DNA of 64,000 nucleotides from Eledone cirrhosa (Eukaryota): NCBI GenBank assembly GCA_964016885.1, contig OZ024760.1, positions 14,570,001 to 14,634,000 of the forward strand, read 5' to 3'. Shown piece by piece: positions 11,708 to 25,271 of this stretch (position 1 is its first letter; each line of letters starts with the position of its first letter). The notes under the pieces were generated by a model. It saw only the letters and a program-made list of their open reading frames with translations, ran no database searches and was not told where the DNA came from. The position numbers and the translations under genes were made by a program.

Positions 11708-13463
11708 CTGAAGATAAAATAAAATAAATAATATTAATAATAATTATAACACACATAATAATGAAATTATTGTGTAAAGTGCACTACAACTCGTCAAAGG
11801 TGTATGTATAGTACATAGAATAATATACAAATGTCAGGGAAGTGAATAGTGTGTGAGTCATGATATACATGTGTGTATGGAGGGGGCACATTAGGTGTAG
11901 TGTTGGCGAATCTCAGGAAGCATGGAGGTTTTAAAGGATGCAGTGTCTCGACAGCTAACAACTGATGCAGGTAGTTTGTTCCATGGAGGTTTTAAAGGAT
12001 GCAGTGTCTCGACAGCTAACAACTGATGCAGGTAGTTTGTTCCATGGAGGTTTTAAAGGATGCAGTGTCTCGACAGCTAACAACTGATGCAGGTAGTTTG
12101 TTCCATGGAGGTTTTAAAGGATGCAGTGTCTCGACAGCTAACAACTGATGCAGGTAGTTTGTTCCATGGAGGTTTTAAAGGATGCAGTGTCTCGACAGCT
12201 AACAACTGATGCAGGCAGTTTGTTCCATGCTTCAGCAACTCAGAGCGTGAAAAAATGTTTCTGAAAGTCATGGGAACTGTGCTGTTTTCTGACTTTGTGG
12301 GCATGCCCACGTATGTTAGACACATGGAAATCAAAAAGGTACTCAGGGTTGTTGTTGGCAAGATGGTTATATAATCATCATCATCATCGTTTAATGTTTA
12401 TCTTCCACGCTAGCGTGGGTTAAACGGCAAGTGTCCCACTTGAGGCAAGATTGGTCGGGTGACAAAAATACATGTACCAGAATGAATTTCTCATGAGTAG
12501 AACAAAATCAAAAATGAAAAAGTTAAAGAAATTTTTGTTAAGTAATGCTCTAAAACTCAGTTTACTAATGAAAGAGTTAATCATTTGATTAGATTCTTTC
12601 AAATATTTTATTATTTTCAAAATTAATTGAAATCCATTGGCAGTGTCTTTTATTAGAAATCTGGTAACGAAAGGGTTAACCCTTTAGCATTTATATTACT
12701 CTATATATACCATTGTATTGTCATAGTAAAGGCTTTACTTCACATAATTATCTCACATAACATTTACATTACTCTATATATACCATTGTATTTTCACGGT
12801 AAAGGCTTTACCTCACATAATTATCTCCCATAACATTTACATTACTCTATATTTACTATTGTATTTTCACGGTAAAGGCTTTACCTCACATAATTATCTC
12901 ACATAACATTTACATTACTCTATATTTACTATTGTATTTTCACGGTAAAGGCTTTACCTCACATAATTATCTCACATAATATCGAATCTATGAGATTTTG
13001 ATATTATTTATTTTGAGAACAATACCTTAACATTAGTATGAGCAGCCAGTTACAGCCGGTTTGAGCAGAAAGAGGTGAGAGAATTTTGGCTGGATATGGC
13101 CAGTTTAAATTCTAAAGGGTTAATGTGTGAGTGTAAGGTCAATGCAATTACTACAAGAGGTTGGAAGTTAAAGAGTTGGTTACTTACATGCAGTGAGCTC
13201 CATGGAATCCATGACAGAAAGCCCCACGGCAGGGGTTGGAACATTGTCTGGGTGGCTGGCCATTAGGGCACATCGAAAAAACAGCTGGGAATAAAGAAGT
13301 TTATAATAAAGTACCAGTCATTGAGTGGGGCCGGGTGATATAATTGACTTGCCCCTTCCTCACTAAACGAATACACTTCTGCCTAAAAGCTGATGTAAAA
13401 ATGATGATGATGATGATGATTTGTGCATGTGTGAGTGTGTGTGTGTGTGCGTCTGTGTGCGTC

Positions 13464-13529
<66 letters not shown>

Positions 13530-13908
13530 ACACAGTAGAGGGACACTCTCTTATTTTCATTATATATACAGTATATATATATATATCATCATCATCATTT
13601 TACGTCTGCTTTTGCCTACTTGCAAGGGTGGGACGGGTCCTCTTCAGCACAACATCTCTCCATTCATCACAGCCCTTCATCATCTCCTCTGTGAGCTTCA
13701 GCGATCTGAGGCCAGCTCTCACCACATCTGCCCATGTTTTTCGGGGTCTTCCTCAACTGTGTCTTCCGTCCACCGGGATTTCTTGGCACTTCTTACACAC
13801 ATATATATATATATAGAATATACATATATATATCATACTCTGCTCTGTAAGTGCATAGAGTGCTCAACCGGCAAACCACCTATGGAAGCATCTTAGCTAC
13901 CATCAGAC

Positions 13909-13941
<33 letters not shown>

Positions 13942-14000
13942 TGTATGTATGTACATATATATATATATAGATGTATATATGTGTGTAGATGTATATACAC

Positions 14001-14049
<49 letters not shown>

Positions 14050-14327
14050 CATATATATATATTAAGGAACGATCGACTTTCGTCAAATCGGACCGAGGGA
14101 ACAATGTTTCCGTTGGTCTTTCCAATTGCTAATACTATCTATCGGTCGCAACTCCAGGTAGAAGGAGCAACGTGAAATAAAGTGTCTTGCTCAAGGACAT
14201 AACGCATCGCCTGGTCCAGGAATAGAACTCACAACCTTACGATTGCGAATCCAATTCTCTAACCACTCAGCCACACGCCTTCACTATATATATATAGATG
14301 TATATATGTGTGTAGATGTATATACAC

Positions 14328-14369
<42 letters not shown>

Positions 14370-15936
14370 TCATCATCATCATCATCACCGTTTTACGTCC
14401 GTTCTTCCACGCTAGCATGGGTTAGACGGGTTGTCCTGTTGTGGGCAGTGTCTGGTCGGCTGACCATGCCTTGCTCATACAGGAACTGATCTGGCTTGAT
14501 TTCTACAGCTGGATGCCCTTCCTAACACCAACCTCATTTACAGTGAGTGCTGGGTGCTTTTTCGTGGCGCCTACACGTCCACTTTACAGTGTGGGCTGGG
14601 TGCTTTTTTGCCGTGGCACCTCCACGACCACCTTGCGGTGGGGGGGGGGGCATATTGTTTATATGCTTCAGCATGTACCCATGGGAGGTCGGGTACCCTG
14701 TATTACTGCGTGACGCCAGAAGTCACGGTCGTGTGTCATTGACTTTGAGAGGTGTAGTTGGGTAAGGTCGGCTTTTATCACCTCATCCCAAGTCATCTTG
14801 GGTCTCCCCACTCCGCGGTTTCCATCAACTTCTAGTGCTCTGCACCTTTTTATGCAGCTGTCATCCTTCATACGCATCACATGTCCATACCAGCGTAACC
14901 GCCTCTCCTGCACGCAGCATTTGATTCCTCTTATGCTCAGTCTCTCTCTCAATTCATTTATGCTTTGTCGTTCACGTATATTACTGTTACACATCCATCG
15001 GAGCATGCAGGCTTCGTTTCTCTCTAATCTACGTAAGTCTTCCACCTTCAGCGCCCAGGTCTCACTACCATGCAACATCGCTGTTCGGATACACGCATCA
15101 TACAGTCTGCCTTTCATTCTGAGGGAGAAGCCTTTTGCAGCTAGCAGTGGTAGTAGTTCCCTAAACTTCTTCCATCCCGTTCTTACCCTAGTTATTGTAC
15201 TTTCTGAGCACCCACCTCCGTTGCTAATTCGGTCACCTAGGTAGCAGAAGCTGTCTACTGTTTCTACAGGGCCCTCCCAGAGATTGGTGGTACTTGTTTC
15301 CTGTGGCTGTTTGCTTGCTGTTTCAGCACAGCTGCTGCATGTGAATCCTACATTCTTAATTAAGCTTCCTGAGATCCCGCTACATCTCTTGTGTACCCAT
15401 TGTTTGCATTTGGGGCAGAGAATGGAGTTCCTACCTACACCTTTCCTACATACTGAGCAAGGCCATTTCCCTGAGGGGATCTGGGTTCTGTTTTCTCGTC
15501 TACTTATAAGGACCTTAGTCTTTGTCATGTTGACTTTGAGGCCCTTTCTCTCTAGTCCCTGCTTCCAGGTTTGGAATTTATTCTCTAGTTCTACCATAGA
15601 TTCAGCTATGAGTGCGAGGTCATCAGCATACAGGAGTTCCCATGGGCATCCGGTCTTAAACTCCTCCGTTATTGCCTGCAGGACTATGATGAACAGGAGA
15701 GGGCTAAGAACAGAGCCCTGGTGGACCCCAACCTGTACGCTAAATTCCTCGCTATACTCATTGCCAATCCTAACTTTGCTGACTGCTCCCCTATACATGG
15801 CTTGTACCGCTTTCACAAGCCATTCATCTACTCCTAGTTTTCTAAGAGCCCACCAGATTACTGCACGTGGAACTCTGTCAAAGGCTTTCTCAAGGTCGAC
15901 AAATGCCAAGTAGAGTGGCTTACTTTTAGCTAGGTA

Positions 15937-15972
<36 letters not shown>

Positions 15973-16384
15973 TTAGATAATTCTACTATACATATTGCGA
16001 AGATGTCACAGATTACATAACAATCTGACAGGTTCTCATTAGATACCATAAGATGTATTGTTTTATTTTTTTTATATGTTACTGGTTTCTCATAGTGTTT
16101 ACATCGTTGACCAATACACAATATATATGTAAGTCGGCGGATTATATGATCAACCAACTTTCATCAACTAAATAATATATATATGTACAATATATTAATA
16201 AATGGAAACTATATTTATAAAACCATATTTATTTTATTATACATATTTCAAGGGCAACCAAGGCAAATTATGGTGCGCTTTCATCAGATAAAATACAGAT
16301 TTGTTTTATAAATCTGTTGAGTGCTTTATATCAGTTATAAAAATGTTTAAGCTTGTTGAATCCCAACAAATTAAATATAACCTC

Positions 16385-16437
<53 letters not shown>

Positions 16438-17013
16438 TATATATCTTCAACATCACTATTTAGTATCTATTTTCCGAGCTTGCATAGCTAGACATGGTAT
16501 CACATTCTAAGTCTAGGAGGATCAGATGACAGCTTAACCCTTTCACATCATTCTGAGTATGGTGTTAGCAGTGAGGAAGTGAACTGCAAAGAGGAATGGG
16601 AGGGGGCAGCGTCCCACTTTTCAAGCTGGTATGGTTGCCCAAGGATGGTGGTGGCAATGGTTGGTGGGTTGGTGGTGGTAAATTGGGGGAATTTCGGAGA
16701 AGTGGGTGGTGATCAGTCAGTGGGCAGCTCGTGGCAGTGTGTCCCCCCCCCCCATCTTTCTATATTGACAAGGGTTGGGTGAGGGCAGAGCTATTAGGGA
16801 TGTGCTTGGGAGGAGAAGACAAACCAACAAGATATACTGTTAAATAATCTAGTGTCATTAGTAGTTTAACATTTAGTCAAATATCATGGAAATATCATTA
16901 CCCTGGATCAAATACAAGGACCTAACTACATGTGTCTATGTCTGTGTGCATATATATGTATATATATATCTTATATATCTATATATATATATACATATAT
17001 AGGTGGGTGGGTG

Positions 17014-17046
<33 letters not shown>

Positions 17047-17284
17047 ATGTGTGTAAATATATGTATATATATATACACATACACATATATATACACATAC
17101 ATATATGTATATATATATACACATACATATGTATATATACACATACATATGTGTATATATATATACACATATGTATATATATATATACACACATATATAT
17201 ATATATATATACACATGCATATATATACATACATATATTGAACTTCTTTTCTTTATATTTCTAACTGTTTGGAATAACAAACTT

Positions 17285-17321
<37 letters not shown>

Positions 17322-17381
17322 AGTATATATATATATATATGTGTATATATGTGTGTATACATATATATATATATATGTAAG

Positions 17382-17416
<35 letters not shown>

Positions 17417-19448
17417 AAGTATATATTTATATATATATGTGTGTATGTGTATATATATATATATATAAATATACATTCATACTCACACATACACGTGGGG
17501 TTTATAGTATTTCTGTGCACACCCACACACACACATTTCGTTTATGCCACACTTAAGCTAGCTACCTTAATATTCTATATATGCTCGTAGACTAATAGAA
17601 TTTCACATCATCTTAAAATATTATTCATTCTTTTGAGACCAAACTTATGTTAACTCTTTAGCATTTACAATATTCTATATATACTATTATATTTTCATAG
17701 TAAAGGCTTTACCTCCCATAATTATCTCACATAATATCGAATCTATGTGATTTTGATACTCTTTATTTTGAGAACAATGCCTTAATATCAGCATGGGTGC
17801 CCAGTTACAACCGGTTTGAACATAAAGAGGTGAAAGAATTCTGGCCGGATACAGTTGTTTTAAATACTAAAGGTTTAAGTTATGTTCAAAACACCAGTTT
17901 AACTCTTTTCGGTCTAAACCTATGTTAAGTTATGTTCCAAATGCCAGTTTTATCCACTTGAAACTAGCTCTTGTTCTACAATAAAGAATTGTTTCTTTTA
18001 AAGTGTTTATATTTATCTAAAAGCCTTCCATCATAATTCTATGTAAAAACCTTTGTTAACCTTTTTGATACCAAACTGTGAAACCATCCCTGGTTCTATG
18101 ATACAAAAGTGTTTCTTTTAAAGTCTTTATATTTATCTAAAAACCTTCCATTGTAATTTCGTGTAAGAAACTTCATTAAGTTCCAAACACTATCTTAATA
18201 GTCTCTACATTTGGCACAAAGCCAATAATTTGAAAGTCAATTAACCCTTTAGCATTTAAACAAGCCATATCCGGTCAGAATTCTCTCACTTCTTTCTGCT
18301 CAAACTGACAGTAACTGGCCGCTCATACTGACGTAAAGGTATTGTTCTCAATAACATCAAAATCTCATCGATTCGATATTATATAAGGTAAAGCCTTTAG
18401 CATTAAAATATAATAGTAGATATAGAGTAATGTAAATGCTAAAGGGTTAAACCGGCCATATCCGGCCAGAACTTTCCCACCTCTTTCTGTTCAAACTGGT
18501 TGTAACCAGCCACTCATACTGATTTTAAGGCATTGTTCTCAAAATGAATAACATCAAAATCACATAGATTCAATATTATGTGAGATAATTATGTAAGATA
18601 AAGCCTTTACCACAAAAATACTATAGTATATATATAATTATTTCTACTTTTGACACAAGGCCAGCAATTATTCCAGTGCATTACTGGTGCTTTATTTTAT
18701 CGACCCTGTAAGGATGAAAGGCAAAGTTAACCTCCGCGGGATTTGAACTCAAACCGTAAAGGGGCGTAACTCTATGCTGGAAAGCATGGCGCCCGACCCT
18801 CAACTGATACTGCCAATACACTGCCCTAGTATATATATATATAGTATATTTATAATGTAAATGCTAAAGGGTTAAATCAACCTCAGTGAATTACTGGTAC
18901 TTTATTTTATAGACCTCGTAAGGATGAAAGGCAAAGCTAATCTCAGCAGGATTTGAACTCAGAACATAAAGGGATATAACAAGGTGCTGCAAAGAGACAT
19001 AACAATTTACCGATGCTCTACTGATACTGCCAATCCATTGCCCTTAAACACTATTTTAATAATCAATACTTTAATAATAAGTATACTAAATTACTCCAAA
19101 TACATGATTATTTTCAAATTGACTTGTAAAAAATAGGAAATGTCTTTCATTAGAAATATGTGAAGGAAATATTTATCTTAGTTTATGCATTATCATGAAT
19201 TTGTGTGCTGTCTTAATTTATTTGTGAAAGATTTACTGTTGTGAAATGTTATGAAAAACACAAGACTGGCAGTCTGACAGTCACTCAGGATTATTATTAT
19301 TATTATTATCATTATTATTATGTAATTTCACTGTCTAGGATGACAGCCATTGCAGAAGGTCAACGTCTGTTTGTGTGTATGTTTGAGAGTGTATTTTTGT
19401 GTGTATATATATATATATATTATATATATATATATGTGTGTGTGTCTG

Positions 19449-19511
<63 letters not shown>

Positions 19512-19931
19512 TTATACAAATGGAAGTTTAGTAAGATCGAAGCTTCGGTTGTAGCCAAACCGACGAGATACAATCAGGAATGTGCAGCTAAGCCCTCCAT
19601 GAGGAATCTCAGAGTAATAACATTCGTTTCGGCATGACAAATTGAAAACTGTGGCAGGCAAACCCAGCCACGACACTGAAGCAACGAAAGAACCAACAAG
19701 TTAATTAACAAGTTATATATATATATATACACACACACAATTGTCCCCCAGTATTTGCAGGAGTTACGTTCCTAGAGCACCTGTGAAGAGTGAAAAACCG
19801 CAAATATTGAACAAGGTCCATAAAAATACTCATAATCGTGGATTGCATAAGGGAACCGTTGAAATAATTATAATGAATAAACAATTTACGTAACATCACC
19901 ATCTTTCTTAATGTTGTTTTTACACACACAC

Positions 19932-19973
<42 letters not shown>

Positions 19974-19998
19974 CATCAAGATAGACGTTAAACGATGA

Positions 19999-20058
<60 letters not shown>

Positions 20059-20148
20059 GCATATACACACATATACATAAATAATACACCTACCTGTAAC
20101 TGAGCTAAGGCAAATCAAAAGCAGAACCAGTTTGACCATTTCCTTCAT
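11593..20148 (-). CDS. Putative secreted cysteine-rich peptide, 3 coding exons (20148-20094, 13284-13188, 11707-11593), 88 aa
   Basis: [88 protein letters not shown]; signal-peptide exon ends in phase 1 (G|GTAGGT); canonical pyrimidine-CAG acceptors; all phases match; 8 Cys in mature part. Confidence 0.8.
11755..12375 (-). mobile_element. CR1 LINE 3' fragment with five tandem 61-bp units (about 11921-12228)
   Basis: Matches the CR1 3' end at 57300-57790; unit CATGGAGGTTTTAAAGGATGCAGTGTCTCG.. Confidence 0.85.
12676..13123. mobile_element. piggyBac-type MITE with about 4 internal tandem repeats of about 73 bp
   Basis: TIRs plus repeated CATTTACATTACTCTAT..CACATAA units. Confidence 0.85.
13188..13284 (-). 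CDS. Secreted peptide exon 2
   Basis: TTATTCCCAG|..[27 protein letters not shown]..|GTAAGT. Confidence 0.82.
14367..15935 (-). mobile_element. 5'-truncated RTE-clade LINE (second family), open RT C-terminal ORF 14668-15909
   Basis: [27 protein letters not shown]4HC3 finger, RRLRWYGHV; 3'UTR ends in (GAT)n. Confidence 0.92.
16230..16295 (-). ncRNA. Minimal hammerhead motif
   Basis: TATTTTAT-CTGATGA-AAG..CTT-GAAA-TATGTA-TA-ATAAAATA. Confidence 0.6.
20094..20148 (-). CDS. Secreted peptide exon 1 (signal peptide)
   Basis: [18 protein letters not shown], donor GTAGGT. Confidence 0.75.
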
Positions 20149-20264
20149 ATTGTTCTTGTTCTTATTGTAGTCTTTATGTGTAAAATTTATCACAAGGACT
20201 TGGTTTGGTTTGGTTCTTTACAGCAGGAATCTTGGAGTTAGCTGAGTCCTGAAATCAAGAGGAC

Positions 20265-20305
20265 TTGAATGGAAGGACATGCTGGATGTGTTGAGCTTTT
20301 AAAGG
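20265..20305 (-). promoter_or_regulatory. Possible TATA-like TTTAAAA plus initiator-like CCATTC for the peptide gene
   Basis: Spacing about 30 nt, about 120 nt upstream of the ATG. Confidence 0.3.
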
Positions 20306-20679
20306 TCTTCTCTCTAACGAGCATTCAGGTGTACTTGGAATCTAAGGTGTACGTGTGTAATAGTAAATACCTGATGACGCTAACAGAACAAAAGCTTGCA
20401 TTTAATCACAGCTTTTCAAAGAATTGTTAATGAACACTCTGGTTCTGTTTATTTTGGAAGAGAGCCATGGAAGAAAGTTCATCACTATTGTTGTTTCATG
20501 TATATATATATATATTTTTTTTTTTTTGTGTTTTGTTTATTACAATACCTGTAGATTTACCTGTATTTTTGTTTGTTGGTATGTTTATCTCTCTCTCTCT
20601 ATCTATCTATCTATCTACCAGGAAGGTGTGTTTGAGGACACTGGCCTTCACAACCCTCAAAATAATAATAATAATAATA

Positions 20680-21190
20680 ATAATAATAATTTCTTTATTA
20701 ACCATAAAGGGTCCACATCCAGAAAAAACATTATGACAGTACAGGAGGAAAACATAGTGTGTATGTATGTGTGTGTGTATGTGAGTGTATGCGTGTGTGT
20801 GTTCGTGTGTGGATTTTGAGTGTAAACACATTTTAACAAAGTGAAAAAAAAAACATAACAATAAAATTAAAACAAAGAAGGTTCCTCAATAGGGAGGAGA
20901 TGTTCAAGGGTCATTTGTGGAAAAAAACCCATAAAACTACTGATGCCTTGTCCTTAAGGGTAAGTGCCCTGTCCCAGTTAAAACAAAGAAGGTTCCTCGA
21001 TAAGGAGGAGATGTTCAAGGGTCATTTGTGGAAAAAAACCCATAAAACCATGGATGCTCTGTTCTTTAGGGTAAGTGCCCTGTCCCAGTTGTACTCCTCC
21101 AATCTACAGGCTTACACTCAGAGTGGACCCATTCACTCGGGCAATACATGCTTCTCTCACCCACTTTTCAACAAATTGCTTTGAAAGCAG
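20680..21190 (-). mobile_element. Probable LINE 3' end (Tx1/L1-like) with a 110-bp tandem duplication (about 20870-21090)
   Basis: Duplication visible directly; A-rich/(AAT)n tail; clade assignment weak. Confidence 0.4.
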
Positions 21191-21269
21191 CATTTCTCTC
21201 TCTACCCTTATTTTCCTCCATTGACATATACACAAAGTATGCTATAGAGCAATGGTATTCCACTTGATA

Positions 21270-21725
21270 TCATCATTACTGTTTTACGTCCATTCTTCCT
21301 CGCTAGCATAGGTTAGACGGGTTGTTCTGTTGTGGGCAATGCCAGGTCGGCTGACCTTCTCTTGCTCATACAAGAACTGATTTTAGCTTGATTTCTACAG
21401 CTGGGTGCCTTTCCTAACACCAACCTCATTTACAATGAGTGCTGGGTGATTTTTTTTCCGTGGCGCCTACTTGACCACTTTACAGTGTGGTCTGGGTGCT
21501 TTTTTGTTGTGACACCTTTATAGTTTATATGCTTCAGCTTCGGCTTGTACCTGTGGGAAGTCGGGTCTTCTGTATTACTGCATGACGCCAGAGGTCACAG
21601 TCCTGTGTGAGGTGTAATTGGGTAAGGTCAGCTTTTATCACCTCATCCCAGGTCTTCTTAGGTCTCCCTACTCCAAGGCTTCCATCGACTTCTAGTGCTC
21701 TGTACCTTTTTATGCAGCTGTCATA
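21270..21725 (-). mobile_element. 3' fragment of the same RTE family as 14367-15935
   Basis: Sequence closely similar to 14367-14865. Confidence 0.85.
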
Positions 21726-23399
21726 CTCATTATACACTATAGTTGGGAGTATTGGTATTTCACTTGATATATATATATATACTCATTATACACTTTAAGT
21801 GAGTCACATGGCTTAGTGGTTAGAGCATTGGGCTTCCAATCGAAAGGTTGTGAGTTCAATTATCTCACGTAAAATCGGATCTACAAAATTTTGATATTAT
21901 TTATTTTGAGAATAATACCTTAACATAAGTATGAGCAGCCGGTTACGGGTGCTTTGAACAGAGAGAGGTGAGAGAATTCTGGCTGGATATGGCCGGTTTA
22001 AATGCTAAAGAAAATACCCAAGAAACCTCCTGTTAGATATAATCTCAAAGGAGACTAGCCAAACATACATGTGTGAGTATGATAGGACTGGAGGCTCTAT
22101 CATGAAAACACCCAAGACAATTCCTATATGATAGAACTTTGTATGAAGCCAGTTAGACCTGCATAGGTGTAAGCTGTAATATAATAGGACAGTGGTCCCT
22201 ATCAATAGAACACCTTAGAAACCTCCTATGAGATACAACCTTATAGCAGGTCAGCTAAACCTGCATAGGTGTGAGCTGTAACAACAAGATAGGACTGTGG
22301 TCCCTTCTTCTTTTCTTCGCCTGCTTATTCCTGAGAGGGTCCTATCAGAAGCAATTGTCTCCAACTGATCCAACTGGACCCCAAAGCGTGACCAGTCAAG
22401 CTCATGGATGTTATCCAACCATCTTACTCAGGATCTACCCCTAGGTCTCCTACCTGCTGATTTCACCCATAAAATCTGTCCAGCGATTCTTTCCTGAGAC
22501 ATTCTACTATGGTCCCATTCATTAAAAAAGCTGAGAAATCTCCTATGAGATGCAAACTTGTAAAAGTCCAGCTAACCCTACAAAGGTGTGAGCTGTAACA
22601 GTAAACTCCTATGAGGTGCAATCTTGGATGAGGCCAGCTAAATAGGTGTGAGTTGCAATATGAATTACAAGAACATTTGTGTTGTACGTATGAAAATATC
22701 TTAGCTGTCAAATTTGGGGTAGCTATGTTATATTTGTTATGACAGTTTCTCCAGTGTCTGTCACTGGTGTATGATAAACATAGCCAACCCACAAGACAAT
22801 GTGAGAGCTGCTTCTACGTAGTTGCTCAATGTGCTGAAAATAGCAGTCAAATCTCCATAGATTGTCTTCATAATCACTGACTGATGAATGATGAGTAAAA
22901 TTTGGTAGATGAACATGGTTGGCATTAGGAAGGGCATCCAGCCGTAGAAATCGAGCCAGAAATAGTTCTGTATGAGCAAGGCACTGTCACCTGACCCAAC
23001 TTACCTCTAATGGGACAACCCGTCTAACCCATGCTAGCGTGGAAAATGGACATGAAACGATGATGATATATATATATATATGTTAGTTGCGAGTCATTGT
23101 TTACAGATACATATTCAGGTGTAGGAGGTTTATCCAGGATTTCTTGGAGGAATATTTCCAAAACCTTTTTGAATTTTATGGGATCTGTTTCTGTTTTTAT
23201 GTGCTTTGGTGTAATGTTAAAGAGAGCCGAAATAATTGTGCTGTAATGTTGTTATGAGATGCGAGATTGATTTTTTGTTGTGGGCAGATAGCACGGGACC
23301 CAAGTCTTCGGTGTATTTTAAAGATGATGCCAACATCATTTGAGCAATGTTAATGGAATATTTTCCACATCAAGCAGATAATGTAGCACTCATGGCAGT

Positions 23400-24060
23400 G
23401 TTTGAAGAGAGTAAAGTTTGAGCTTTTCTAGTCGACCCCAATAATCAAGGCCTGTCACGCTGCCTATCTTTTTGTGATTGACCTTTGAGGTGCTTCAACT
23501 TTCATAATACTTTGTTTCGTGTGGGGAGACCATAGTGGACAACTGTATTCATGGTGGAGCTGGGCAAAAGTAGAGAAAGGAAGGATAAGGATGTGGATAT
23601 CTCTCAAGTGGAAACTTCTGAGAATCCAGGAACACATCCTGCGGGCAATATATGAATGTATATGTTTATATGTGTATAATAATATAATTGTTCCTACTTT
23701 TGGCACAAGGCCAGCAATTACGCAGTAGATTACTGGTACTTTATTTTATCGACCCCGTAAGGATGAAAGGCAAAGTTAACCTCAGCGGGAACTCAGAATG
23801 TGTATAATAATATAATTATAATGAAATTATTGTGCTTAGGTGCACTAGAACTCATCAAAGGTGCATGTAAAGTACATAGAATAATGTACAAATGTCAGGA
23901 AAGTGAACAGTATATTAGTCATGATATACATGTGTGTGTGCGTGTGTATGGAGGAGGAATATCAGGAAGCATGGAGGTTTTAAAAAATGCATTGTCCGGA
24001 CAGCTAACAACAGATGTTCAGTAATTCTGAACATGAAAAAATGTTTATGAAAGTCATAAG
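23400..24060 (-). mobile_element. Degenerate CR1 fragments with an intervening SINE piece
   Basis: HEYSCPLWSPH..EAPQRSITKR; CR1 3'UTR at 23815-24060. Confidence 0.65.
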
Positions 24061-24942
24061 GTGTGTAGATGTTGAGTGGATATATAGACAAATGTGTGCA
24101 CATATGTATGTGGACATATGTGTGTAACCAACTAAAATCAACACCAATAAATAAACTAGGGTGTATGTGTGATATTGTCAAGGTATATCAATAACTGGGT
24201 TAGCTAAGTTAATTAGCCAAATTAATTAAACTGTAAACAGTTCATTAAACACATTCACTATAGTATTTACTGAAATTAACAGGAGTAATTAACACACTAC
24301 TAATTAGTACACAGTGCATGTGTTTTAATTAAATGTATACCATAATGTCCTTGTCAATGTTGGTCTTTTATTGGAGATTAGAATGAGTGTGTATGACATC
24401 ATCATCATCATCACCGTTTTACGTCCATTCTTTCACACTAGTTAGACAAGTTTTCCTTGTTAACTTCCATTTTTCCACACATCAACAGGGTTAGGTGAAT
24501 CCTCATGTTTTGAGAGAACACACCTTTCACTTACAGATCTAAAGGGGTGGACAGGATGTTTTTTATTGTGTCATCCTCACAAACACCTTACAGATCTTTA
24601 AATAATTATCATCATCATCAACATCATTTAACCTCTATCTTCCACACTAGCATGGGTTAGATGGGTTGTCCCATTTGAGCCAAGTTGGGTCGGGTGACCG
24701 TGTCTTACCCATACAGGATGTTTCTGGCTGGTTTTTACGGCTGAATGCCTTCCTAGTGCTAACCACATTTACAGTGTGGGCTGGGTGCTTTTTGTCGTGA
24801 CACCTACACAACCACTTTACAGTCCCTATCATCTCATTTCTACAGCTGAGTAAACTGGAACAATGTGAAATAAAGTCTCTTGCTCAAGGAAACAACACAT
24901 ATACATATATATATGTGTATATATATATATTTGTGTGTAGTT

Positions 24943-25008
<66 letters not shown>

Positions 25009-25231
25009 GTTTTGAATGTATATGCATAATTACATAGAGTTTTTTAATGCTTACTTTTATTGATTATTTGCTCCAAGAACTGTTGAGTGCTCTTAATCAG
25101 CTATAAACATTTATACCTTTATTTTTTATTTGTCGTATGCCCTACTATTTGAATACCCCTTCCTTCCCTTTATTTTTATTTTGTGTATGTATGTATGTAT
25201 ATATATGTGTATATGTATATATATATATATG

Positions 25232-25271
<40 letters not shown>

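Noticed and set aside
11183-11727. Poly-R/G/E/S/H ORFs
   Set aside because: Low-complexity trinucleotide repeats; the supported coding exon is 11593-11707 on the minus strand
11921-12228. Regularly spaced repeats as a CRISPR array
   Set aside because: No unique spacers; eukaryotic LINE-derived tandem repeat
14798-15913. Plus-strand ORFs of 148 and 209 aa (likewise 53632-54486 minus, 61194-61547 plus)
   Set aside because: Antisense shadows of retrotransposon coding sequence
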